Shown one piece after another: positions 1 to 10,972 of a stretch of DNA of 64,000 nucleotides (within the stretch, counting starts at the first letter, position 1; each line of letters opens with the position of its first letter). The position numbers were made by a program, and so were the translations under genes. This DNA comes from Microcoleus sp. Its GTDB lineage: Bacteria > Cyanobacteriota > Cyanobacteriia > Cyanobacteriales > Microcoleaceae. The stretch covers positions 128,001 to 192,000 of the forward strand of contig JAYFMW010000005.1 in the NCBI GenBank assembly GCA_042408215.1. The letters are read 5' to 3'. The notes below the pieces were generated by a model. That model searched no databases, was not told the DNA's origin, and was given only the letters and a program-made list of their open reading frames with translations.

Positions 1-468
1 GCAACCGCTTTCGACAGCGAGCTGGATTTCCTCGCGGGATTTGTTATTCCCGTGAAAGTAGATTTTATTGGGATTCACACCAGCTTGTAGTGCTGTGTAG
101 ATTTCTCCCGCAGATACCACATCTATACCTAAACCTTCCGAAGATGCGATCGCACAAACCGCCAAACAACTCCAAGCTTTAGAAGCATAGAGCACTTGAG
201 ATTCGCCCGGATAGTAGCGTAAAAAAGCATCTCGATACTGGCGGCTTGTTGCCCGCAGCGTTTCTTCATCTAAGATGTACAGTGGCGAGCCAAATTGCTC
301 CACCAAAGCTGTCACCTCGCAGCCTCCTATTTCTAAACGATCGCGACTGTTAACACTGGCTGTCAGTGGTAAAAGTTCTTGATTGGGCGATCTACTTTCC
401 CTGGCTTCTTTAGACTCAGACAGATACTGAAGTCCAGATTCCACCCCGATAGATTGAGTTGATACCAT
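1..468 (-). CDS. lysA: Diaminopimelate decarboxylase, 5' part (runs off window start)
   Basis: Manual minus-strand translation from ATG at 468: MVSTQS...FGSPLYILDE...VLYASKAW...GIDVVSAGE...YFHGNNKS, typical LysA motifs; not in ORF track because truncated. Confidence 0.9.
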   Translation of the reverse strand, partial: MVSTQSIGVESGLQYLSESKEARESRSPNQELLPLTASVNSRDRLEIGGCEVTALVEQFGSPLYILDEETLRATSRQYRDAFLRYYPGESQVLYASKAWSCLAVCAIASSEGLGIDVVSAGEIYTALQAGVNPNKIYFHGNNKSREEIQLAVESGC

Positions 469-586
469 CGCGCAATAACTATCCTTACTGTCTTTCCCAG
501 TGTACAATTGACCGCAAGCAATTGGGTCATAAGCCCTCAGATTGATGCTTTTGAGTAATTCTAAAATCTAAATTCTCAAATCCCCT

Positions 587-1234
587 GTGCGTTTTATAGA
601 AATTAAACATCTCGCCCCAGAACACCTGCCCTGTGCGGTAGAACTCGATCGCCTCTGTTTTGGTGGACTTTGGGCGATCGAAGGCTACAGGCGCGAGTTA
701 GACAATCCTAACAGCGATTTATTGGGTTTATGGGTACGCGAAACTGCTGACTGCGAATCAGGTCAAAACCGAGCGGGCCTGGGGGCACCGCCCCTACCAA
801 ACTGGGCGGGCCTGGGGGCACCGCCCCTAGAGATTCGCCCAATACTCATTGGTGTGGGTTGCTTGTGGGCGATTTTAGAGGAAGCTCACATTATCATGCT
901 GGCAATTCATCCTAGCTTTCAACGTCAAGGTTTAGGACAAGCTTTGCTTTGGGCTTTGCTAAAATCGGCTTGTGACAGACAATTAGAGCGATCGACTTTA
1001 GAAGTGCGGGACTCTAATTTAGCCGCAGTTTCTCTGTACAATAAATTTGGTTTTAAAGAAGCAGGACGGCGGAAACGATACTACGAAGACACCGGAGAAG
1101 ATGCTCTGGTAATGTGGCGCAGCGGTCTGGAAAAACCAGAATTTCAGCAATATTTGGCGGTTGAAAAACAGGAGATTTGCGATCGGCTCCACCAGAAAAA
1201 CTGGCATTGGGCGATCGATAATTTTGAGTTGTGA
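587..1234 (+). CDS. rimI: Ribosomal-protein-alanine N-acetyltransferase (GNAT)
   Basis: EEAHI, QRQGLG, LEVRDSN, LYNKFGF, RKRYY-DTGEDAL motifs; divergent from lysA. Confidence 0.9.
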   Translation: MRFIEIKHLAPEHLPCAVELDRLCFGGLWAIEGYRRELDNPNSDLLGLWVRETADCESGQNRAGLGAPPLPNWAGLGAPPLEIRPILIGVGCLWAILEEAHIIMLAIHPSFQRQGLGQALLWALLKSACDRQLERSTLEVRDSNLAAVSLYNKFGFKEAGRRKRYYEDTGEDALVMWRSGLEKPEFQQYLAVEKQEICDRLHQKNWHWAIDNFEL

Positions 1235-1235
1235 G

Positions 1236-2312
1236 CATGAGGCTCCAGAAACCGGGTTTTTTACGAAAATACTTAGTTTATGCCCGCAAATTCGATAAAA
1301 ACCCGGTTTCTTCTGTCGGTATTCAAGCACCCATGAGGCTCCAGAAACCGGGTTTTTTACGACCAGACGCATGGCCGCCCGCAAATTCGATAAAAACCCG
1401 GTTTCTTCTGTCGGTATTCAAGCACCCATGAGGCTCCAGAAACCGGGTTTTTTACGAAAATACTTAGTTTCCGCCCGCAAACTCGATAAAAACCCGGTTT
1501 CTTTTGTCGGTATTCAAGCACCCATGAGGCTCCAGAAACCGGGTTTTTTACGAAAATACTTAGTTTCCGCCCGCAAATTCGATAAAAACCCGGTTTCTTC
1601 TGTCGGTATTCAAGCACCCATGAGGCTCCAGAAACCGGGTTTTTTACGAAAATACTTAGTTGCTGCCCGTAAACTCGATAAAAACCCGGTTTCTTCTGTC
1701 GGTATTCAAGCACCCATGAGGCTCCAGAAACCGGGTTTTTTACGAAAATACTTAGTTTCTGCCCGCAAATTCGATAAAAACCCGGTTTCTTCTGTCGGTA
1801 TTCAAGCACCCATGAGGCTCCAGAAACCGGGTTTTTTACGACTAGACGCATGGCCTCCCGCAAATTCGAGAAAAACCCGGTTTCTTCTGTCGGTATTCAA
1901 GCACCCATGAGGCTCCAGAAACCGGGTTTTTTACGACTAGACGCATGGCCTCCCGCAAATTCGAGAAAAACCCGGTTTCTTCTGTCGGTATTCAAGCACC
2001 CATGAGGCTCCAGAAACCGGGTTTTTTACGACTAGACGCATGGCCGCCCGTAAACTCGATAAAAACCCGGTCTCTTTTGTCTGTATTCAAGCACCCATGA
2101 GGCTCCAGAAACCGGGTTTTTTACGACCAGACGCATGGCCGCCCGTAAACTCGATAAAAACCCGGTTTCTTCTGTCTGTATTCAAGCACCCATGAGGCTC
2201 CAGAAACCGGGTTTTTTACGAAAATACTTAGTTTCTGCCCGCAAATTCGATAAAAACCCGGTTTCTTCTGTCGGTATTCAAGCACCCATGAGGCTCCAGA
2301 AACCGGGTTTTT
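1236..2312. repeat. Tandem array of 11 full and 1 partial 95/96-bp units, each with internal inverted repeat AGAAACCGGGTTTTT...AAAAACCCGGTTTCT
   Basis: Unit starts (CATGAGGCTCCAG) at 1236,1332,1427,1523,1619,1715,1811,1906,2001,2096,2191,2287. Confidence 0.95.
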
Positions 2313-2367
2313 ATGGACTTACCGCTATCCTTGGGACATATTTACCACATTATAAGGCTAGACCGTT

Positions 2368-2901
2368 ATGGCGATAATAACAGGCACAATCAAAGTCAAT
2401 GTCGTCAACGTTACCCATCCCGAATTAACGGGTATCTACACGGGTCACTTTTCCTACGATGATACACATCTGACCAAAGTCGGCGAGGAGGTTATGACCA
2501 TCAATGGTGGAAATGGATATCGATCGGGACTGCTATCTTTTAACTTTAGATTTCTGGACTTTGCTACGGGTTTAACTCCTGTTACCTACACAGCTAGAGA
2601 TGTTGACGAGTTCCCAGATGATTTTCCTGTTTTGGCTTTTTTGAACGGAATTCCGACTCAATTTGGCTTACGACTTCTTTCTGCATCTGAAAATGACGCA
2701 TTTGGGTTCTTAGATTCCCAGCAATTTCTTTACGCCTTGCGAGATGGATCTGTTACAGGTGGGGGGCTTGTGACCTTAGAAATTAACGAATCTCCTCCTC
2801 CTGCTGTACCAGAGAATGCCTCCCCCTTCGCCTCATTGTTGGCTTTTTTGGGCTTGGGTGGACTTCACTTGTGGAGAAAGTCGAGAAAGGGAAACAATTA
2901 A
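2368..2901 (+). CDS. PEP-CTERM-like surface protein, paralog 1 (signal-peptide region disrupted)
   Basis: C-terminal VPENASP-hydrophobic-WRKSRK sorting tail; homologous to paralogs 2-5; leader remnant at 2312-2345. Confidence 0.75.
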   Translation: MAIITGTIKVNVVNVTHPELTGIYTGHFSYDDTHLTKVGEEVMTINGGNGYRSGLLSFNFRFLDFATGLTPVTYTARDVDEFPDDFPVLAFLNGIPTQFGLRLLSASENDAFGFLDSQQFLYALRDGSVTGGGLVTLEINESPPPAVPENASPFASLLAFLGLGGLHLWRKSRKGNN

Positions 2902-3117
2902 TAATCTTTACCAACCTAACTTGAAGCGGGGCGTAGATAGAATTACTGAGATTTTCAAAACATCTAGTTATTTGTGGCAAAAAAATCTAGTAAATTTAGG
3001 GTATCAAATACGGCAAAAAAGCTTTATTCTTTATTTCAAGATTTTGTTTTCGTTAATTGCTACAAACGAAAACAAACTCACTGTTGTGGGTCAAGCCTTT
3101 CAAAACAGGAATATCTA

Positions 3118-3747
3118 ATGAACATAAAATATGGACTGACCGCTATCCTGGGAACATATTTAATATCCACATTCGGAGGAACGACCGCTATGGCAGCTAC
3201 GATCGCAGGCACAATCAAAGTCAAAATCGAGGCCGAGTACGTCACCGATCCCAAATTCGCGGGTGTCTACACTGGTGACTTTTCCTACGACGATACCCAT
3301 CTGACCAAAGTCGGCACAGAGTTCTTGGTCATGAATGATGGTGACTATCAAGCTCGACCAGGACTGCTATCTCTGAACTTTAGATTTCTGGACTTTGCGG
3401 AGGGCTTAACTCCTGTCACCTATACGGCCAGTGATGATTTAAACTTCCCAGATAATCCTGTTTTGGCTTTTGAGAACGGAGTTCCCACTCAATTTGGCTT
3501 CAACGTTTTTGGGGTAAATAAGAGTGGAGTTTTGGATGGAAATAACAGATTTATGTTTGGAGATCCGGGGATATTTCAGTTCTTCTTGCGAGATGGAGCT
3601 GTTACAGGTGGGGGGCTTGTGACCTTAGAAATTAACGAATCTCCTCCTGCTGTACCCGAGAACGCCTCCCCATTGGCTTCATTGTTGGCCTTTTTGGGCT
3701 TGGGTGCAGTCCACTTGTGGAGAAAGTCTAAAAAGGAAAACAAATAA
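3118..3747 (+). CDS. PEP-CTERM-like surface protein, paralog 2
   Basis: Signal peptide MNIKYGLTAILG..AMA and VPEN-TM-basic tail; start chosen by homology to paralogs and upstream AGGA. Confidence 0.8.
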   Translation: MNIKYGLTAILGTYLISTFGGTTAMAATIAGTIKVKIEAEYVTDPKFAGVYTGDFSYDDTHLTKVGTEFLVMNDGDYQARPGLLSLNFRFLDFAEGLTPVTYTASDDLNFPDNPVLAFENGVPTQFGFNVFGVNKSGVLDGNNRFMFGDPGIFQFFLRDGAVTGGGLVTLEINESPPAVPENASPLASLLAFLGLGAVHLWRKSKKENK

Positions 3748-3966
3748 TCATCTTTAGCAACATAACTTGAAGCGGGGCGTAGATAGAATTACTGAGATTT
3801 TCAAAACATCTAGTTATTTGTGGCAAAAAAATCTAGTAAATTTACGGTATCAAATACGGCAAAAAAGCTTTATTCTTTATTTCAAGATTTTGTTTTCGTT
3901 AATTGCTGCTACACACGAAAACAAACTCACTGCTGTGGGTGAAGCCTTTCAAATCAGGAATATCCA

Positions 3967-4569
3967 ATGAACATAAAATATGGACTGACCGCTATCCTGG
4001 GAACATATTTAATATCCACATTTGGAGGAGCGACCGCTATGGCAGCCACAATAGGAGGCACAATCAGGGTTGATATAACTAGGGGCGACTTCGCAGGTGT
4101 CTACACAGGTGACTTTGCCTACGATGATACACATCTAACCAAGGTCGGCACAGAATTAATGACCATAAATGGTGGTGGTGGAAATGGAATTATACCGGGA
4201 CTGTTATCTATGAACTTGAGATTTCTGGACTTTGCTACTGGCTTAAATCCTGTCACCTACACAGCCGATGATGTTGATGGATTTCCAGACTATCCACTTT
4301 TGTATTTAGAGAACGGAATTCCCACTCAATTTGCCTTCCAACTTTTTTCTACATCTGGAAATGATGGACTTATGTTTGGAGATCCAAGGTCATTTAATTT
4401 CGCCTTGCGAAATGGAACTATTGGAGGTGATGGGAGTGTGAGCTTAGAAATTACTGAACCTACTACTGAACCTACTCCTGTACCGGAGAACTCCTCCCCC
4501 TTCGCCTCATTGTTGGCTTTCTTGGGCTTGGGTGCAGTTCACTTGGGGAGAAAGTCGAGAAAGGGATAG
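3967..4569 (+). CDS. PEP-CTERM-like surface protein, paralog 3
   Basis: Same signal peptide, core and PVPEN tail. Confidence 0.8.
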   Translation: MNIKYGLTAILGTYLISTFGGATAMAATIGGTIRVDITRGDFAGVYTGDFAYDDTHLTKVGTELMTINGGGGNGIIPGLLSMNLRFLDFATGLNPVTYTADDVDGFPDYPLLYLENGIPTQFAFQLFSTSGNDGLMFGDPRSFNFALRNGTIGGDGSVSLEITEPTTEPTPVPENSSPFASLLAFLGLGAVHLGRKSRKG

Positions 4570-4618
4570 TCAACAGAAACAAATAATCTTTAACAACCTA
4601 ACTTGAGAGGAATTTCCC

Positions 4619-4725
4619 ATGACAGTAATCGATACTCCGTTTTTGGTGACAGGTGGCGAAACTAAGAACCCACCCAGCAATGCTTTTAGCCCAAGTCAGC
4701 GTCAAATAAATATTCGCGCGCCGAG
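4619..4725 (+). pseudogene. Truncated 5' fragment of the lipase-RTX gene
   Basis: Encodes MTVIDTPFLVTGGETKNPPSNAFSPSQRQINIRAP, nearly identical to the start of 5571 and 15546, then breaks into the paralog promoter. Confidence 0.75.
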
Positions 4726-4930
4726 TCTCAGGAGAGCAGGGCGTAGATAGAATTACCGAGCTTTTTACAATATCTCCTTATTTTTAGCAAAAAACTCTAG
4801 TAAATTTACGGTGTCAAATACGGCAAAAAAGCTTTATTCTTTATTTCAAGATGTTGTTTTCGTTAATTGCTGCTACAAACGAAAAAAAACTCACTGTTGT
4901 GGGTTAAGCCTTTCAAAACAGGAATATCTA

Positions 4931-5521
4931 ATGAACATGAAATATGTACTGACCGCTATCCTGGGAACATATTTAATATCCACATTAGCAGGAACGACCG
5001 CTATGGCTGCGACAATCAAAGGGACAATCAGGGTTGACATAAGTGATGGTGACTTCGCAGGGGTCTACAGGGGTGACTTTTCCTACGACGATACCCATCT
5101 GACCAAAGTCGGCGAGGAGGCCATGACTGTCAACGATCGAATTATACCAGGACTGCTATCCTTTAACTTTAGATTTCTGGACTTTGCGGAGGGCTTAACT
5201 CCTGTCACCTATACGGCGAGTGATGTTGACGACTTCCCAAATGCCCCTGTTTTGCTTTTCGAGAATGGAATTCCCAGTCAATTTGGCTTACAAATTTTTT
5301 CTGAATCTAGAAATGGCGGACTGATGTTTGGAGATCCCAAGCTATTTCTTTACGCCTTGCGAAATGGAACTTATGGAGGTGATGGGAGTGTGACCTTAGA
5401 AATTACTGAACCTACTACTGAACCTACTCCTGTACCGGAAAACTTCTCCCCCTTCGCTTCATTGTTAGCTTTCTTCGGCTTGGGTGGGGTTCACCTGTGG
5501 AGAAAGTCGAGAAAGGGTTAG
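4931..5521 (+). CDS. PEP-CTERM-like surface protein, paralog 4
   Basis: Same architecture; ATG at 4931 by homology. Confidence 0.8.
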   Translation: MNMKYVLTAILGTYLISTLAGTTAMAATIKGTIRVDISDGDFAGVYRGDFSYDDTHLTKVGEEAMTVNDRIIPGLLSFNFRFLDFAEGLTPVTYTASDVDDFPNAPVLLFENGIPSQFGLQIFSESRNGGLMFGDPKLFLYALRNGTYGGDGSVTLEITEPTTEPTPVPENFSPFASLLAFFGLGGVHLWRKSRKG

Positions 5522-5570
5522 TCAACAGAAACAAATAATCTTTAACAACCTAACTTGAGAGGAATGGACA

Positions 5571-7410
5571 ATGGCAGTAATAGATACTCCGTTTTTGGTC
5601 ACAGGTGGCGAAACTAAGAACCCACCTAGCAATGCTTATAGTCCCAGTCAGCGTCAAATCAATATCCGTGCGCCCTTCGGCATTCCCTCTGCCGAGCAAT
5701 GGAGTGGTCAAAAAATATGGCTGCTGCTTCCTGGTTTCACAAATCCCGCCGATTATTACGATCCAAATCTGGCGACAGCCATCAAGGATGCTAACCCAAA
5801 CGATACGGTTTTAGCCCTTGACTGGACTCAAGTGAGCGGCACCAAGTTTTTCAATATTGGACCATTAGGGATCGCCGCTGGAGACCTTTACAGGTCGGGT
5901 TCGTGGATTACCCCAGTGGCCAACGCAGTCCGAGACAAACTTGTTGAGTGGGGAATGCCAGCCCCAGCACTCAATATTGTTGGGAATAGTCTCGGCGTCT
6001 CACCTAGCCAGCGATCTTGCCGCCAGTTTCACTAGCTACGGGAGTCAAGTGAGTTCGGTAACAGCCCTTGACCCAGCATCAAATCAAGCGAAAGGGGTCA
6101 GTCCATACGATACAACTAATGGCCACGATACTGACCTATCAAATGGATACGTATTAGATGGAAATGGAGGAATTGCAGACCCAATCAAACGCTTAGACTT
6201 TGGTGGTGCAGCGGTTTCAAGAAGTTTTAATGGCATCAGTAGTTTAGCAGGAAATGAAGCTCAAGCCGGAACTGCCAAGGAATCCTTCCTGTTTGACTTC
6301 GGCACCGATCCGAAAAATATTACAGCACAAATCGCTCAACACAACGGTGTCGTCACCGCCTACACAAATTTGGTTACAACTGATGCAGGTGGCAATTCTC
6401 GTTTAGCCACAAATATTTTGGGTCTGAGTGACACGCAGGCGGATCATCAGTTTCGACCAAACTTCTATAAAGGAGATTTTAATGTCTCTCTTAAAGTGCA
6501 TGAAGGAATGATTCCCGTTGATGCTCAAAATAATCCTTTGTTTCTGGTTGCTGCCAAGCTTAATGGCGGGATAGATGACCGAATCATCTATGGGACTAAC
6601 AAAAACGACACATTAATAGGAACTGGTATTTTTGGGAAATATTACAACAACAACGGCAACCATACTTATTATTTTGGGGATGGGGACGACATCGTTTCTG
6701 CTGGCACGGGTAATGACATCATCTTAGGCGGGAAAGGAGTTGACGCCCTTGATGGCGGAGAGGGGAATAATTCGATTTTTGGTGAGGATGGTGATGATTT
6801 TCTCAGTGCTGGCGCAGGTGATGACACCATCTTTGGCGGGAATGGCAATGACAACATTACCGGCAGAAATGGGAACAATACCATCCGTGGCGACCAGGGC
6901 GATGACAATATCACGGCTGGTACTGGTAATGATACTATCTTTGGCGGAGCTGGAAATGACAACATCTTGAGCGGCGATGGCAGGAATACCATTCGTGGTG
7001 AGGAGGGTAATGATTATCTCACTGGTGGAAATGGCATTAATATCTTGTTTGGTGGTTTGGGAAACGACACTCTCGGAGGTGGTACCGGTCAAAACATATT
7101 AAGAGGTTCAGAAAACAACAGTCTGTCTAATGTTGAAGTAGATACTTTAATTGGCAATAGCGGTAAATCCCTTAACGTATTTTATATTGGTGATAGTACC
7201 AGAAATTGGTACTCAACCGCAGGTCTGAATGATTACGCCAAGATAGAGAAATTCAATGCAGCAACTGATATAATTTTGGGTGGCGTGAATATTCAGGCAC
7301 AAAACCTCATCACTCAAACCTTTCTCTGGTCTGGAAATGAATTGATTGCCAAGATTGACGGTCTTTGGGCTTCGCAACTAGAGTCGCAGTTCCCTACAAG
7401 GATATTTTAG
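5571..7410 (+). CDS. Lipase-like alpha/beta hydrolase with RTX Ca-binding repeats, frameshift near 5996
   Basis: LLPGF, ALDW, IVGNSLG nucleophile elbow in first ORF; VTALDPA and many GGxGxD repeats in second ORF. Confidence 0.75.
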
Positions 7411-7775
7411 GATTGACCTTTTCCCCCAACGCAGCAGGGGCACAATTTAGATGCGATCGCCCAGATCCCTCTCTCCCTCTCGCCCTCCCAAACCAACAGA
7501 TTATTTAGACGCGCAGCAGCTTAGGGGCGGATTTAGGGGATAAATTGTACATATACAGCAAATTGCAGGTTTATGAAGTACATCCCAGAAACCCGGTTTC
7601 TTGATGAAACCGGGTTTCGCGTATCTACTTACCTGAAAAGTGCTGTATAACTCAGCACTGTCTTTGACCGTGCTTTCGTGGTAGAGTGGTTTTTTTGATT
7701 AACTGGTCTGACTTGAAAGTCTGAAACTTCAACGTTAGAAAAGAATCTAAATCCTGTTTAAGGCTAAAGTGAATC

Positions 7776-9843
7776 ATGAACACTAGAAACTTAGATGACC
7801 AGGTAGAAAGTACCGAAAATGGAGCGATCGAAGTTGCAGATCAATTCCAGGATGCAGCCGCAACTTCTGCGACTTCACAAACAGAATTCAATGCAGAAAA
7901 GCTAGGACGTGTCTACTTCATTCGTCACGGTGAAAGCACCAGTAACGAACGTAACATTTTTGCGGGAGTTCTGGATGTTGACCTCACATCATTTGGTAGA
8001 TTGCAAGCGCGTCAAGCAGGGGTTGACCTCAAGAAAAAAGGTACAAAGTTTGATGCAGTATATGTCTCCCACATGAGACGCGCACGGCAAACCTGTGAAA
8101 TCGCCCTTGCTGAAAGTCAAGCACTAAAGTCGCCCGATATCCCTGTTCAAATAGACCATCGAATTAGCGAAAAATCCTTCGGCATTTTTGCGGGTCGTAA
8201 CCTAAATCTGCTGCGTCTAGCCCTGGGCTACGAAGGCTTCGAGGAAATGTTGCACTCACACAACGAAGCACCCCCAGCCGGCGAAAAGATTGCCCAAGTT
8301 TACGCTCGCGCAGCCCGTTTCTACGAAGACAAAGTTGTACCGCACTTGGAACGGGGAGAAACAGTTCTAGTAGTGTGCCACCAATATGTATTGGAGCCTC
8401 TAGCACTTTATTTAAGCGGCTCTACCACCGAGTTCTTATAAACACCTGAAACTGCCCAATGGTAAAGCTCTCAGTGGTGTGGAACTTGTCAATTTTCGCA
8501 ACAAGGAATCTGGTGGTGCCGCTTCTCTGCGGAAAGAGATCAACGATCTTTCAATTATGTGGGCAATTTTGATCTATGCCGCCGCCTTCTTGCTGGGAAG
8601 CTTGCTAAGGGCCATCAGCACCTCAGAAGCAGGGATTCCGTCAGAGTTATTTCGAGCGATCGTCGTTGCGTGTCTAGCTGCTTCAACGTTTTATACTTAC
8701 CTAGACATTGACTTTGCCGCCAGTAAACGCAAAGTAACTTCTACTGTGAAGTATCTAGTTTATGGCTGGATGGCTGTGCGATGGGCTGTTGGGCTTTCCT
8801 TAATATTTTCGGGATTTTTGTATCAAAGCCCCGCCGATTTGTACAAAGTTTTGTGGGTGCTGTTTTGGATGGTTCCGCCAGCCCTCACTTCCCCAGTTTT
8901 ATCCGTGCTTTGGGGCGGTAATCTTTATCCGTCCGCTCTCTTGTCAAGAACGTTATCAATTGTTGCTCCCCTGGCTCTTCTGGCTACATTAAAGGTTGCC
9001 AATTTACCCATTAATGTTGATAGCCTGATCTTTTTCGGTGTCATTCTAATTCTAGGGCTAGCAATACCGGGTGCGATCGCCCAGTTTTGGCGTGACAAAT
9101 CCTCGGTTGAATCAAACCACCACAGTAAAAACTGGAAATTCATCGGAGTGCTTGCTGTCGCATTCATGGCCTTGGTCACAGGGTTTCAGTTTACTCCATC
9201 AACCTTCATTTCGGATATATTTTCTGCAACCGCTCCGAACCGCTCCCTAGCCTGTCTGCAACAACTGGCAATTGCCACCCTAGTCTTTGTCTCAATGCGC
9301 GTCTTGGCTGTATTAACCTCCGTATTGACAAAAGACAAGCTAAGCAAGGCAGAAGCTCAGGATGCTTATATCCTGCTTGTAAATCCCAACTTTTTCCTTT
9401 GGGCTGCTCTTTTCCTCGGAGTTAGTGCCACAATGCCGGAAGTGAAGTATGCTGTTTTTTGGGCAGCACTGGGATTTTTCTGCATTCCACTTGTCGAGCA
9501 GATATTGTTTATGACTTCATTCAGCAATGATATATTGAGAGAAACACTGCGCTCTTCGAGAGTGGCAACAGAAGATGTTAAAAAGCTTTTCCTCCAATTG
9601 GATACTGATGGAAGTAAGTCGCTCGCTCGCTCTGAGATTATGGAGTTGTTAGGGCTAATCGAAGATATGACAACAGGCGAACGTAGCTCTGAAGAAGTCA
9701 GGAAATACATCACTGATTATCTTTTTAACATTCTTGACAGCGATCTAAATGGCAGTGTTGATTTACAAGAGTTAGAAGATTACATATCAACCTATGGGTT
9801 GGTTGCCAACCTTAACGTTGCTCAAACATCAACTTTGACTTAA
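7776..9843 (+). CDS. Histidine phosphatase (PGM-like) fused to multi-pass membrane domain and EF-hands, frameshift near 8420
   Basis: RHGES and VCHQ motifs; second frame is open from about 8422 (LPPSSYKHLKLPNGK); many TM segments; DTDGSKSL and DSDLNGSVDLQE EF-hand loops. Confidence 0.7.
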
Positions 9844-9982
9844 TAAGTATGAAATCCTATTCAACCTTAAAGAATGATGATGTCCGCTTATTTTTCCGAC
9901 TGCTCTATGCAGGAATGCAAGAGTAAGGCTATTAGCTTGCGCCACACTTTGCGTGGCGCAGGTACTACTTTCAGGGGTGAAG

Positions 9983-10972
9983 ATGACAATTGAACTGAAA
10001 CCATCACAGCAACAGATAGAGCGGACACCAGTTGCGATCGCGTCGCGACTCCAAGGAAGTATCGGACTAATTTCGTTATTTCTCGCAATCCTTGCCTTAT
10101 CATTTGCCGCCATTTTCATCAGATTGAGCGAACGGGAACTGGGTCCGGTTGCGACAATATTCAATCGCTTCTGGGTAGCCACTCTCATTTTAGGATTAGG
10201 GAATGCGATCAAAACCTTGAGCGAAAGAAACTCCCACGACTCCTCCCTCCAAAAGCAGCATTACACAGTCAGCGATTTAGTCTTGTTGCTAGTAATGAGT
10301 TGTTTTTTCTCAGGCACATTAATTACCTGGGCTTGGTCTCTAACTCAGACAAGTGTCGCTAACTCTAATCTGCTGCATAACGTCACCCCACTGTTCACAA
10401 CTCTGATGGGATGGCTGTTTCTAAGTCAATGTTTTGAGGGCAGATTTATTGTTGGCATGGTAATCGCCATCAGCGGATCAATCCTAATTGGACTAAGCGA
10501 TTTGCAGGTAGCCAGCGAGCACTTCACAGGTGACTCGCTGGCCATGCTATCTGCTGTCTTGTCTGCCGCCAATCTGCTATGTGTTGAAAAACTTCGCGCC
10601 AAGTTTTCAGCAACAACCATACTCTTTTGGTGTTCCTGCTTCGGGGCCTTGTTAACTTTTCCGATCGTTCTGCTCACAGAAAATGTACTTTTTCCCTATT
10701 CCTGGGCTGGGTGGTTGGCAATAGTTGCCCAAGCCTTGGTATGCCAAGTTTTGGGTCAAAGTCTTCAGGCTTATAACCTCAAAAGATTTTCCTCCGGGTT
10801 CGTTGCCGTGTGCTTGCTGCTCGATCCGGTGATTACTGCTATACTTGCCTGGATCATCTTTTCTGAAAGGTTAACTCCTCTGAACTTGTTGGCATTTTCT
10901 GTAGTTTTGACAGGCATATACCTGGCAAAGTCTAGCCAAGGATCCAACAAAGTAATCCCTTTTGAAAGTTAA
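9983..10972 (+). CDS. EamA/DMT family transporter
   Basis: About 10 hydrophobic segments in two EamA-like halves. Confidence 0.85.
   Translation: MTIELKPSQQQIERTPVAIASRLQGSIGLISLFLAILALSFAAIFIRLSERELGPVATIFNRFWVATLILGLGNAIKTLSERNSHDSSLQKQHYTVSDLVLLLVMSCFFSGTLITWAWSLTQTSVANSNLLHNVTPLFTTLMGWLFLSQCFEGRFIVGMVIAISGSILIGLSDLQVASEHFTGDSLAMLSAVLSAANLLCVEKLRAKFSATTILFWCSCFGALLTFPIVLLTENVLFPYSWAGWLAIVAQALVCQVLGQSLQAYNLKRFSSGFVAVCLLLDPVITAILAWIIFSERLTPLNLLAFSVVLTGIYLAKSSQGSNKVIPFES

Noticed and set aside
1236..2312. Possible CRISPR array
   Set aside because: Only two recurring loop variants, no unique spacers, no cas genes in the window
1019..2377. ORFs translated from the 95/96-bp array (both strands)
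   Set aside because: Products of a repeat with length divisible by 3; no protein features
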